A stretch of DNA of 64,000 nucleotides, taken from NCBI RefSeq assembly GCF_000142905.1, contig NW_013657663.1, positions 372,001-436,000 on the forward strand, read 5' to 3'. Position 1 is the stretch's first letter. Every line of letters starts with the position of its first letter. The translations under genes and the position numbers were made by a program. The notes under the pieces are model-generated. The model made no database searches, was not told where the DNA came from, and saw nothing but the letters and a program-made list of their open reading frames with translations. The DNA is from Thecamonas trahens ATCC 50062. Lineage: Eukaryota > Protista > Apusomonadida. This document shows, in pieces, positions 44,083 to 54,197 of the stretch.

Positions 44083-46968
44083 TCATTGAAGACTGCCTTC
44101 CTCATCATCGTCTTCTTCGTCGTCATACTCATACTCGTCATCATCAGCGGGGAGAAGATGGGCGTAATCGATGCCGTTGTCGTCGAGAAGAGCCTTGAAG
44201 GCCGTAATCTGCATCTCCATCTCACCAAGGAAGACAAGGAGCTCCTCGTGCTGGGTGTTGAGGTCGGCATGCTCGTCGGCAAGCTGTGCCGCTTGGCTCT
44301 GAGCCTCCTGCAGCTCAGCCGCGAGTCGTGAGGCATCACCGGTCGGCGTCGACGCTGCCGATGCCGATGACACGTCCTGGATCTCGCGACGGAGTGAGGC
44401 GTTCTCGGCGCGAAGTCGCTCAAGCTCGCGCGGATCAACCTGCGGAATTCCGGTCTTGGCGGCCATCGCCTGCGACTTGAGCTCATGGACCTGCTCGCGG
44501 AGCTCGAGGTTTTCGCGCTCGAGAGACTCCAGCATGGCAGGCGGGACAGCCGGAGGCGCGACCGGCGGCGGCGCGGCGGCGGCAGTAGCTTCGAGCTCGG
44601 CGACCCGCGCCTCGAGCTTGGCGTTGTCGTTCTTGAGCGATGCGTTGGCCGACCGCAGCGAGGCGAGCTGGTGCTTGGCCTGCGCCAGCGCGCGTGTGTC
44701 CGGGTGCGGACCAGCAGCGGCGGCGGATGGGCGGCCCGAGACGAGGGCCGCATCGAGGGCAGTAACCGTCGACTTGCAGAAGCGAGCAAAGGCGTAGTCG
44801 AAGAAGACCAGCTTGTGGACGTCGTCGGCGTCAGCGCTGTGCATGACCGGGACTCGGGCCTGCTCGGTGGCCTTGAGCTGAACCGAGTTGAGAAGCTCAT
44901 CTAGAACGCCAAAGTAGGCCTCGACGCCAATGCGGTTGCGGAGGAGAACGACGATGGCACCGGCGTCGAGCGCGTGCGAGTCCTCGCCCGCGCTGGAGGC
45001 AGGACCGTGGAGAACAAACTGGCCGAGGAGGAGCGCGCAGAGCGCGCGTCGCAGTAGCGGGCCCGAGGTGAGAATGACGGTCTCGACGAGTGCAGGCACC
45101 AGGGTGGCGTGCTGGACCAGGGCCTCGAGTGTCGCCGGCGACGACGACGACCACACATTGAGGAGCGAGAGGAGGGCAGCTTGCGGGCGCACGACGTCGG
45201 GCTCCTCACTCGGGTCGTGGATGGAGCTCAGGACGGCATCAACAACAAGGTCCAGGAGGTGGACGGGCTCGGCGGCAGCGGCCGGCATCTCGAGCGGGAG
45301 ATGGAGGACGAGCTGCTTGCACTCGGCGTTGTTGTAGAACATGTGTGAAAGGACCACCGCCGCGAACCAGGGCGCGAACGACGGGCCGCCCGAGTGGGAT
45401 CCAGGCATGACCGGCATCTGCCCGCCAAGCGCCAGCGAGACCTCCTCCAGCAAGTTGCCACCGTGCGTGAGACCAGCGTCTGCGCCAGCGCCAGATCCGG
45501 ACCCACCGCCGGCTGCGTCGCCGGCGAGCAGCGAGGCAACAAGGAGGCGGCCAACCGAGCCAACACCGACCGGCGAGTTGGCCCCGCCTTCCAGCTCCTC
45601 CGGCGAAGGCGCCAGTGTCGACGCCAGCGCCATCTGGCCCTCGGCGTTGCCCTCAAGAAACGAGATGACGGCGCAGGCGGCTGAGGCGCGCTCCTCGTAC
45701 GCGGCGGCGTTGAGAACAACGGTGATGAGGTGGGCGAGCGAGGAAGTCTTCCACACTGCTGGGTCGGCGTGCCGGGAAAAGTTGCCGGCCGGAACACCGA
45801 GAGTCATGAACGCCCGCTGGTGCTCGTCAGAGCCGGCGAGCATGTCCCCGACAGTACGGAGCGCGCGGGCGCGGAGGCTGGGGGCGCGGACCCGCTCGGC
45901 TGACAGATTCCAAGCGAGCTTCAAGAATCCGAGCTGGCCAGCGGCAGCCTGGTTGGCCCGGGCAGCCGGCGACGAGCCACTCACCAAGATAGAGAGCAGA
46001 TCAAGGCCGAGGACATAGTTTGTGCAGGCACCGTCGGAGAGCCCACGCAGCTCGTCAGGATCGACCTGCAGCAGCGGGACAAGATACTCAAAGCACGAAG
46101 TCTCGCGGAAGAACAGCTGGTTGGAGGCGTTGCCGTCGAGCAGGTTGCGGAGGACGGCGAGTGCGTCGGCGACGACAATGTTCCCGTCGGCGTAGCCCTC
46201 GTTGCCGATGATGGTGAAGAGACGCTGGAAAGCAGACTCAAAGGCGATCACCTTTTGCACCTCCTGGTTGCCATGAGTCAGCTCGAGAAGGAGAAGCAGG
46301 CCCTCGTTGCGCAGCATCTCGCGCGACTCGTCGAGCGTGTCCATGATCTTGGCAATCCCATGCGGAGCCATGAGAACCTTGCCCTGAACCACGCCAGTCT
46401 TGACCTTGAGCAGAGCGGTGAGAAGGCGAAGAGCGTAGAAGCGCACGTAAAAGTCGTCGGCGCCGACCAGGCCAAGCAGCGTTTCCACGTTGCCGTCCTC
46501 GTCGACGACCAGCGAGGCGTTAAAGCCGGCCGGCGAGTGATTAAACGCGTGGTTGCTCTCGCCATCCGAGGGCGAGACCATGACAGCGAGCAAGCCAAGA
46601 GCAGCTCGAGCAGCTTCAGCATGTAGCGGAGCAGAAGCAAGCGTATGCATGGCATGATCAATGACTCTCATGCCAATCTCCGCTTTGCTCGCCGGCGCCA
46701 TGGAGACATGTTTCTGGACTTCAGAATAGACTTTGGCCAGCTCTTCCCCGACCAGTCCACCACTACTGCCATTTTCACCGTCACCAGTACCAACGTGCCC
46801 GTCACCACCACCACCACCACCGCCACCATCTTCAGCAAGCATAGCCAGCAGCACTTCCAACTCCCTCAGGCCACCGCCAGCACCACCAAGACCACGACCA
46901 CGACCACTCCCAGCCTGACCACCCTTACCCATCATGGCATCCTTCATGAACCCAGGAAGGAACGACAT
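44083..46968 (-). CDS. USO1: Uso1/p115 ER-Golgi vesicle tethering protein
   Basis: DFYVRFYALRLL, PHGIAKIMDTL..REMLRNEGLLLL, VQKVIAFESAFQRLF, NASNQLFFRE; coiled coil, EELLVFL, acidic tail. Confidence 0.92.
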   Translation of the reverse strand: MSFLPGFMKDAMMGKGGQAGSGRGRGLGGAGGGLRELEVLLAMLAEDGGGGGGGGDGHVGTGDGENGSSGGLVGEELAKVYSEVQKHVSMAPASKAEIGMRVIDHAMHTLASAPLHAEAARAALGLLAVMVSPSDGESNHAFNHSPAGFNASLVVDEDGNVETLLGLVGADDFYVRFYALRLLTALLKVKTGVVQGKVLMAPHGIAKIMDTLDESREMLRNEGLLLLLELTHGNQEVQKVIAFESAFQRLFTIIGNEGYADGNIVVADALAVLRNLLDGNASNQLFFRETSCFEYLVPLLQVDPDELRGLSDGACTNYVLGLDLLSILVSGSSPAARANQAAAGQLGFLKLAWNLSAERVRAPSLRARALRTVGDMLAGSDEHQRAFMTLGVPAGNFSRHADPAVWKTSSLAHLITVVLNAAAYEERASAACAVISFLEGNAEGQMALASTLAPSPEELEGGANSPVGVGSVGRLLVASLLAGDAAGGGSGSGAGADAGLTHGGNLLEEVSLALGGQMPVMPGSHSGGPSFAPWFAAVVLSHMFYNNAECKQLVLHLPLEMPAAAAEPVHLLDLVVDAVLSSIHDPSEEPDVVRPQAALLSLLNVWSSSSPATLEALVQHATLVPALVETVILTSGPLLRRALCALLLGQFVLHGPASSAGEDSHALDAGAIVVLLRNRIGVEAYFGVLDELLNSVQLKATEQARVPVMHSADADDVHKLVFFDYAFARFCKSTVTALDAALVSGRPSAAAAGPHPDTRALAQAKHQLASLRSANASLKNDNAKLEARVAELEATAAAAPPPVAPPAVPPAMLESLERENLELREQVHELKSQAMAAKTGIPQVDPRELERLRAENASLRREIQDVSSASAASTPTGDASRLAAELQEAQSQAAQLADEHADLNTQHEELLVFLGEMEMQITAFKALLDDNGIDYAHLLPADDDEYEYDDEEDDDEEGSLQ

Positions 46969-47572
46969 GTTCTCTTCTCTCTGCTCGCACTCTTGGTCAC
47001 TGTCTCTCTCTCCTATACTGTTCTCTGGAAGTAGGTCGTCGTCGAGTTAGTCGGGTGTCTCCAGCCCCCGTCCCCAGCCCCCCCCCCCCCCCCTCCCCCT
47101 GTCACCTTGCCAGCTCAACCATTGCCTCGGCGGCGGAATGCCACTGGCGCCAGTTTTTTGACCAAACAATTGCCGCCACGGCTGAGAGTCGCTAGCACTC
47201 GCAAGCACTCGCAACCGGCACCTTCACCTTACTTCGATAAGAACTTCGACAGCATCGACACAATCAGCTTCACAGGAGCGGAAACTCAGCCATCTCTCTC
47301 TAGGATGACGATCTAGGTCGACGACGACGGTGACGCCCAGATACTACCCTTGATCCCACGTCAACGCGAGCGGACGGGAGCAGCTCAAGTACACCCGCGT
47401 CACCATGCCGATCGGCTCGGCCGTCAGCTGAGAGTGTCTTGCATTTCACACAAAGCGGCTTGATGGCAGCTCAGAGCTCGCTTGGACGATGGAGCATCAC
47501 TGGTGATAGGCAGTACCGCATGGCGACTAGCACGCACCATTGCTCATTGTGGAAGCGATCAGATGGAGGGAT

Positions 47573-49071
47573 TCACTCGGTCGTGGGAGGAGAGGCAGGC
47601 TTGGCTGCTTGCTCGACGGTGGCGGCGATGGTGGTGGGGACGGGCTCACCACGGAGCTGGGCCATGTGCTGGACAAACCACGAGGGCATGGCACCGGGCG
47701 GGAGGGTGCGATCGCCATCGTCGTCGCCGAGGCCAAAACGCTCGCAGGCGAAATCAACGAGGGCGAGCCAGCGGTACATGCAGAGGGAGTCGACAACTTC
47801 GTTCTGAACAATGGTCGGGTAGATGCGGTCGGCAATAAAGGCCTCCTGCTTGTCAGCAAAGGCATCCCAGAGGAGCATCTCTTCCGGCGAGTTCTTGTTC
47901 AAGTTGTATCCGTCGTACTCACAGCGGTAGAGGAAAAGGCCGTTGCCCGGCACCCGCGGGACGCGAACAACCGAGTCGGCAAAAGCGCGCTCGAAGAAAG
48001 CGACCAGGTTGTAGTCGGCAACCGAACCGCCGTGGCGGACAATCATGACCACAAAGCCGATCATCTTTCGGATCATGTGCAACAGGAACGAGTCGCCGTG
48101 GACGCAGAGCCGCACAACCTCGAGGCCTGCAGTGACAAACGGGTCCGAGACGGTAAAGTCGCGGATGTGCCGCTGCGATTGCGGGTCCGAGTACCGCTTG
48201 CCCGAGGTAAAGTTGTGGTACTTGCGGGTTCCGACATAACGCTGGAAGAGCTCGCGCGCCTTGGCAATCGGCTCGTCGCCGATACGAAAGTCGACCAGCG
48301 CCTGCGGCAGCTGCTGGATCTGCTCCTCGGCCTTCACGCCCTTGACCGCCTTGATGGCAGCAATGACCTCGTCCGCAGACGCCGGAGAGGCGGGCGCCGG
48401 GGCAAGCTCGTCCGAATCGAGCCGGAAGCGGCGGAAGAGCTCGGGCGCGAGCGCAAAGGTCGGCAGCAAGTACTCATACCGCCGCGAGCCGCACGAGTGG
48501 CGAGCGTTGAACTTCTTGGTCACCCGCTGCCCGCCAAACACGCTGACATCCTCGGGTAGGACGTCGTTGATGCGGTCGACGAGGGTGTCGATGCCGCCCT
48601 CGGACGGCACCTCGAGCTTGGCGGCCACAATCATGCCCGCAGCATGAACTCCCTTGTCAGTCCGACCTGCGCGGCTTAGCGAGATCTTTGTGGCCGAGAG
48701 CGCGTTGTCGTTAGAGACAGCGCCGGCCTTGACAAAGGCCATCATCAGCTCACGCTCGACCGTAGGCAGATTGCTATTGATCTGCATGCCAAAGTACTTT
48801 GTCCCGTTAAAGCCAAGGAACAGCGCCAACTTTCGCTTGGGCTCTTTGACATACCACTCTGGGTTCACCACATCAGCCGGAATGTCCACTTCCACCGACC
48901 GACGCTTTGCCCGCTTAGCATCGTTCCAACCCCTCTCCCGATCGCTGGACGCACTCCGCCTCCTCTTCCCGCTTGCGCCACCTTGTTCCGTCTGTACCAC
49001 CTCGCTCACTTCTTCCTGCCCTTCAATCTTCATCTCGGTCACCTCGGTCGCCGTTCCCGTCGTTGTTGCTG

Positions 49072-49123
<52 letters not shown>

Positions 49124-49228
49124 TGCTGTCGCCATCGTTGTCGAGGCTGTCTTCATCCCACTAGCTGCTACAGCTCCTGTAGTGGCAGCCATCGCTCTCC
49201 GTGTTGTCGCCCGGAGTGCTGGGATCAT
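47573..49228 (-). CDS. PUS1: tRNA pseudouridine synthase 1 (TruA family)
   Basis: KRKLALFLGFNGTKYFGMQ, RAGRTDKGVHA, RRYEYLLP, YVGTRKYHNFT, SFLLHMIRKMIG. Confidence 0.93.
49073..49122. repeat. (GTC)n tract, about 16 units, encoding poly-Thr in PUS1
   Basis: Perfect gtcgtc run. Confidence 0.9.
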
Positions 49229-50148
49229 TCACAGTCGAGTGTGACACACTCCTCTCCCTTGTCTATCTCCGCACCGACGGCTGTATGCGCTGCTCTGTGG
49301 CTTGATCCGTGGGATGACCCAGCGGGTGATCGATCGGATGCCCGTTCTGAGATGGATGGAGGGACGGCATCGATCACGATGGAAGACACGGCGATGAAGA
49401 GGAGAGCGGGAAGAGGGAATGTAGTGGGTGTGTAGGGGGGGGGGGGGGGAGTGAGATGGTTGAAGAGAGGTGACTTGTGAGAGATCAATCGAATAATGTG
49501 GGTGCTGGATGCCTGTCCGGAGATGAATGGCGTTGATCACGGTGGCACGGCGATGGAGAGGAGAGCGGATTGGGTGGGGAGGGGGGGGGGGGGAGGGGGA
49601 GGGAGTGAGATGGTTGAAGAGAGTTGATGTGCGCCTCTAGTGATCAAGACCATGGCGTGTGTGTAAATCAGTTTAATGATGTAGACTGGAGGATCCACAG
49701 ACGAGCCGAACATCAAACAAAGCCACCGACCGTAGGAAGCGACTTTCCGGGCCCGACTAAGCACAAACTTACTCGTGAGCCTCCTCATGCGCATAAAGTG
49801 CTTGGACTTGGGGATCAAGACCATGACTTCAATCACACTTGCCGTCAACTATGTGTATAAATGGATGATCAGTGAATTTGGCACACGCTCACCGCCATCT
49901 CCCCGACAAACCATCATCGCATCTGTGTGGTGTCACAAGGCCATTTGAGGAAGATACCACGCAGGAATACGCGTTGCCTGACAGGGATCACCCATACGGT
50001 AAGTATTGGCACGAGGCTCACGTGATCGCGGGTGTTTGTTTGAGGAAGCTCGGTTCCAATCTCTCTCCTCCACGATAAAACCAGAGCCAAAACTGGAGCA
50101 AGATGCCAATGCAGCTGGCGAGGGTCAGCTATTACGCTAACGAGATCG

Positions 50149-50538
50149 ATGTGGGGAACTCAAGCAGCAGTTCCGCGGACTACGAATTCGGGTCAGAAGG
50201 TACAGATGCAGACGCAGACGATGTCGCAGGCGGAGATCGACTACCAGGATGAGCTCATTCGGGAGCGGGCGGCCGAGATCGAGGCCATTGCCCAGTCATT
50301 GGAAGACATTGCCATCATCAACCAAGATCTGGCGATGCTGGTGGCCGAGCAGAGCCCGATGCTCGACAATATCGAGGCCAACATCGAGCAAGCGACCGAG
50401 TATACCGCAACTGCGGTGGAGGAGCTGCAGTCGGCAGACCGGAGCGCCCGAAAACGGCGGTCGCGGCTGATTAAGTTCTACTCTGGCCTTGCCGTGCTTG
50501 GAGCCGGCCTGGCGTTTGTTTTTCGTCGGCGATTCTGA
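50149..50538 (+). CDS. Syntaxin-like Qa-SNARE (Stx7/12/Pep12-like), SNARE motif plus TM; 5' exons unresolved
   Basis: LIRERAAEIEAI..DLAMLVAEQSPMLDNIEANIE, basic stretch, then C-terminal TM. Candidate intron GTAAGT 49999..AG 50164. Confidence 0.8.
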   Translation: MWGTQAAVPRTTNSGQKVQMQTQTMSQAEIDYQDELIRERAAEIEAIAQSLEDIAIINQDLAMLVAEQSPMLDNIEANIEQATEYTATAVEELQSADRSARKRRSRLIKFYSGLAVLGAGLAFVFRRRF

Positions 50539-50572
50539 GGTAGATGCGCGTTCATTGTGTCTTGGCGGCTGC

Positions 50573-52228
50573 TCAAGTAAGTGGGACGGCGTGCCGCGGG
50601 CGGCGTGACGGCGAGTGCGGCGGGGCTGTACCCTGTGGACGCGAATGCGGATGCGGATGCGGCGGATACGCCGGCGCATACTGCGGCGAGTGCGGCGGGG
50701 GCAGGTGCGGCATGGGATGAACACGCCTATGCGGCGAGTGCGGCGAGTGCGGCGAGTACGGCATGGCGCGCAGAGCTGACGGCGAGCTGTGCGGCGAGGC
50801 CATCACTGGATGTGGTGAGTGCGGTTGCGGGCGGCGGACATGCGGGACCGGCGAGCGAGCTGCCGCAGCCGACGAGAGCACCGCAGCCGGGTCAAAGCCC
50901 TGGGTCCGGAGGCACTCTTGCCACTGCTCAGCCAGAGCCCGAAGCTGGGCAATCTGCGACCGGCGCTGGGCAAGAACGTTGAGCTTGTGCGCCAGACGGG
51001 CCTGCATCTGCTCAGCCGCAAGGCTGCGAGTATGCAAGTTCCTCAGCCGAGCCTGCACAGAGGCTGCCGTCGGCGTCAGGTCGCGGAGCCGGACAGAGCT
51101 GTTCGCCGCCGACATCTCGAACATCATCACGTTGTCGCGGAGAAAGTTGACGAGGCCATCAAGTGTGAGCGCAGCATCCGGCAGATTGGTAAGAATTAGG
51201 TCGTGGAGCCGGGTAAACGAGCACTCTCCGGCCTCGGTGAGGAGCGCAAAGACCGTGTTCTTCAGCTCAAAGAAGCCGAGCATCCGTCGCTCGACAGCCT
51301 TGTCGGTCTCGACTCCAGTCTCGGCCTCGGTGTCAACCTTGGCCTTGGCGTCGACCTTGACCGCAGCAGCAGTTTGAACATCCTCCTTGGTCGGCGCCAA
51401 GCCCGTCATGCTGCCAAGGACCTGCTTGGCGGCCAGCGATGCCAGGCGCGCCTCCTTTTGTCGCTTGAACCGTGTGATCTCGGCGGCAAACACCTCGGCC
51501 TCGGCCGCCGCCATCTGCAGTGGCGAACCGTGCGGGCTTTGGTCGCTGGCCGCAGACCGCGACGACGGAGATGCTCCCGGCTGGCCGTCCTCGCCGTCGG
51601 CCAGCAGCAACGAAATCGCTCTTTCCCTCCTCTTCCGCCGCCCCCCACCAGCCCCACCGGCCTTGGGCGTAGTTGGACTGTCTGCAGAAGCCATGCCTGC
51701 ACCGCCACTAGCAGCAGTAGGAGCCCGAGCCGGAGACTTGGTCCCCTTTGATCGCGATCGTCTCGACTTGTTCTTGTTGTTCCCCTTGCCTCCCTTGCTG
51801 ACGTTGGTCTTCGACCCAGACTTGATCTTCTTCTGCTTCGCAGCGCTCTTTCCCACATCGCCCGGCTTTCCCATCGCCTTTCCTGCCTTTCCCGCTCCAG
51901 GCGACTCGTGCGGCCTACCCATCACCCCATCGCCACTTCCACCACTTCCACCTGCAGAACGAGCCGGGCCAGTTGGCTTTGTCGTACGAGGCGAGATCGA
52001 TGAGCTGACGGCTGCATTCCCACCAGCAGCAAGATCAGCACCACCACTACCACCAACACTCGCAGCAGCAAGACCACCAGCAGCAGGACTACCACGACCA
52101 CGACCGCCACGACCACCACGACCGCCACCGCCACGACCACGACCCCGACCACGACCACGACGACCACCACCATAGCCACTCTGTCGTGCCTTCCTTCCTC
52201 CGCTTCTCCTACTACGCTTCTTCGACAT
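50573..52228 (-). CDS. Uncharacterised basic protein: RG/RGG-rich N-terminus, small globular domain, coiled coil, PHSP-repeat tail
   Basis: About 550-aa ORF, ATG at 52228; GRGRGRGG, PHSPHSPH. Confidence 0.7.
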   Translation of the reverse strand: MSKKRSRRSGGRKARQSGYGGGRRGRGRGRGRGGGGRGGRGGRGRGSPAAGGLAAASVGGSGGADLAAGGNAAVSSSISPRTTKPTGPARSAGGSGGSGDGVMGRPHESPGAGKAGKAMGKPGDVGKSAAKQKKIKSGSKTNVSKGGKGNNKNKSRRSRSKGTKSPARAPTAASGGAGMASADSPTTPKAGGAGGGRRKRRERAISLLLADGEDGQPGASPSSRSAASDQSPHGSPLQMAAAEAEVFAAEITRFKRQKEARLASLAAKQVLGSMTGLAPTKEDVQTAAAVKVDAKAKVDTEAETGVETDKAVERRMLGFFELKNTVFALLTEAGECSFTRLHDLILTNLPDAALTLDGLVNFLRDNVMMFEMSAANSSVRLRDLTPTAASVQARLRNLHTRSLAAEQMQARLAHKLNVLAQRRSQIAQLRALAEQWQECLRTQGFDPAAVLSSAAAARSPVPHVRRPQPHSPHPVMASPHSSPSALRAMPYSPHSPHSPHRRVHPMPHLPPPHSPQYAPAYPPHPHPHSRPQGTAPPHSPSRRPRHAVPLT

Positions 52229-53040
52229 ACTTGCAAACACTCTCAGTCGAGTGGTGGTGGTAGTCTCCCTCGTCTACCTCGCTACCTTCCAATTCGACTC
52301 CCTCCGTCTCGCAGGTGGCGGCCACCGAAGGCTGCGGCGACTTCCTCCGCGCCGACCCGACAGACACCGCTACTCGACGACGATGGAACTTTTACGCGCC
52401 AAAAAAATGGCGGGAAAGTTCCAATCGCTGCCAGAGTGACCAATCGCTGCCACGCTGTTGCGGCTGTTTGACGTCGAGTTGAGCGGGACGATGGCCATGG
52501 ACATGGTCGCATCAGAATCGCTGATGTTTGACACGTAGTCGATATGGGGCTTTGGACATGATGCTGAGCGTTGTCGCATGGTCAACGCCATGAGAGATGC
52601 AGACGGCAACTCTAGTCGGCTGACGCTGACAATCGATAAGGTCCGGAGATGGGAATGATGCAAAACAGCAAAGCATGTGACGTATGAGTAGAGAGACAAG
52701 GTGGTGTGTGTCTGATGGAGGCGGGAGATGCGCAAGTATGAAGCCAGCCAGCCCAGCCCAGCCACATACTTGCCGGGCCATGAAATCTCGGAGATTTCGT
52801 CGCTATCGACGGGATCTCTCGGCTATGGCTGATTCAATGACGTCGTGCGTAGCGACCGCCACTGCACACATTAATCGTAACGACCACCACCTGTGGTAAT
52901 GATCTTCCCAAGCCCCTGATCACACCCATGACCACCTTGATCATCCAACGATGATGATCGTTTGACAAGCGGCATTGATTGGCAGCAAACCGGCGCAGAC
53001 GCAGACGGCGACACGTCACTCGCTGTGTGAGCAAGGAGCG

Positions 53041-53970
53041 ATGCTGAAGCATGGGCGTCCGCGCAATGCGAGTGAGTGCTTGAAGTATGCCGAAGTTGCG
53101 GTGCGAAGGTCATGGAGAGTCCGTGTTGTGGTGTATGGCTTGGCTCTGGTCTCTGCTGTGGCCCTGGTGTGCATGGTGTATGTGAGCTCGCTCAACAGCC
53201 AGTCGCTGCTGCTGGAGATGGCTGAGTGCAACGAGCGCATTCTCTCGGCCCACAACATCACCACATGGCTGGATGGTGGTCCTTTGCTTGGAGCTATTCG
53301 CCATGGTGACTTTCTGCCCAATGATGACTCGGGCGACTTTGATATCGGCATGGTCGAGGATGATGTGCCCAAGATGTTTGCCCTTCGTGAGACCATCAGA
53401 GCTCGTTGTGGCTGGCTCATCCATCGCTCCGAGACCAACTGGTGGCCCGGCGTGCTGGACACACTCTTCCACATTCATCGAGCCGCTTTTCGTCAGTTTG
53501 CTGGCAAGTGGACCCCCGTCTTTCTCGACTACAAGGACTATGAGGACGACGGCCGCGGGAACCTCGTCGATCTGCACTTTGTCGGCTCCGAGGATGCTGT
53601 TGGCTTTCCGCGCGACGCCATCTTCCCGCTGTGGGACTGTCCCTTTGGCCACACCACGTTCAAGTGCCCCAACGACGCTGAGCTCGTTCTTCGTCGCACC
53701 TACGGCGACGATTGGTGCATCCCGTCGTCCACCCACACGTCTGAGCTATCCGAGACCCAGCGTGGTGTCGCCTTTCACGAGCAGGCCTACCGCGACTTTC
53801 TCAACATCCCCCCCCCTCCGCCACGCCAACTCCGCCTTGCGCCCGCCATCACCACGCCGTGCCCCACCCGCGAGGATCGCCTCGCCCAGGGTCTTGCTGC
53901 TGCTGCCGCCGCCGCTGCCTCGTCGTCATCGTCGTCATCGTCATCGTTATCCTCATCCACCAACCCGTAG
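53041..53970 (+). CDS. LicD/fukutin-related nucleotidyltransferase-fold protein, type II membrane
   Basis: N-terminal TM; WLDGGPLLGAIRHGDFLPNDDSGDFDIG; IFPL..FG..CPN..LRRTYGDDW. Confidence 0.85.
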   Translation: MLKHGRPRNASECLKYAEVAVRRSWRVRVVVYGLALVSAVALVCMVYVSSLNSQSLLLEMAECNERILSAHNITTWLDGGPLLGAIRHGDFLPNDDSGDFDIGMVEDDVPKMFALRETIRARCGWLIHRSETNWWPGVLDTLFHIHRAAFRQFAGKWTPVFLDYKDYEDDGRGNLVDLHFVGSEDAVGFPRDAIFPLWDCPFGHTTFKCPNDAELVLRRTYGDDWCIPSSTHTSELSETQRGVAFHEQAYRDFLNIPPPPPRQLRLAPAITTPCPTREDRLAQGLAAAAAAAASSSSSSSSSLSSSTNP

Positions 53971-54197
53971 ACTGTCGCTGAGTCCATCGAACTAGCTACC
54001 TGCTAAAAGACTTGACCATCGCTGTCCTTGCTGCCATCGCGTGAGGTTGTAGAATGGGGAAGACTTGCTCAGACGAGCCCTTTGCCGCACCGGGCTTCGT
54101 CGAAGGTTCGTTCGTGTTCGAAGCTATCAGGTCGATCGACTCTGCCGTCGACAGCACACGTCACCAACATCACACTCGACTCGGGCAAGTGGCGACT

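Noticed and set aside
49441-49624. ~30-bp direct repeat (gggagtgagatggttgaagagag) as mobile-element ends
   Set aside because: No transposase, terminal inverted repeats or target-site duplication; probably a local duplication.
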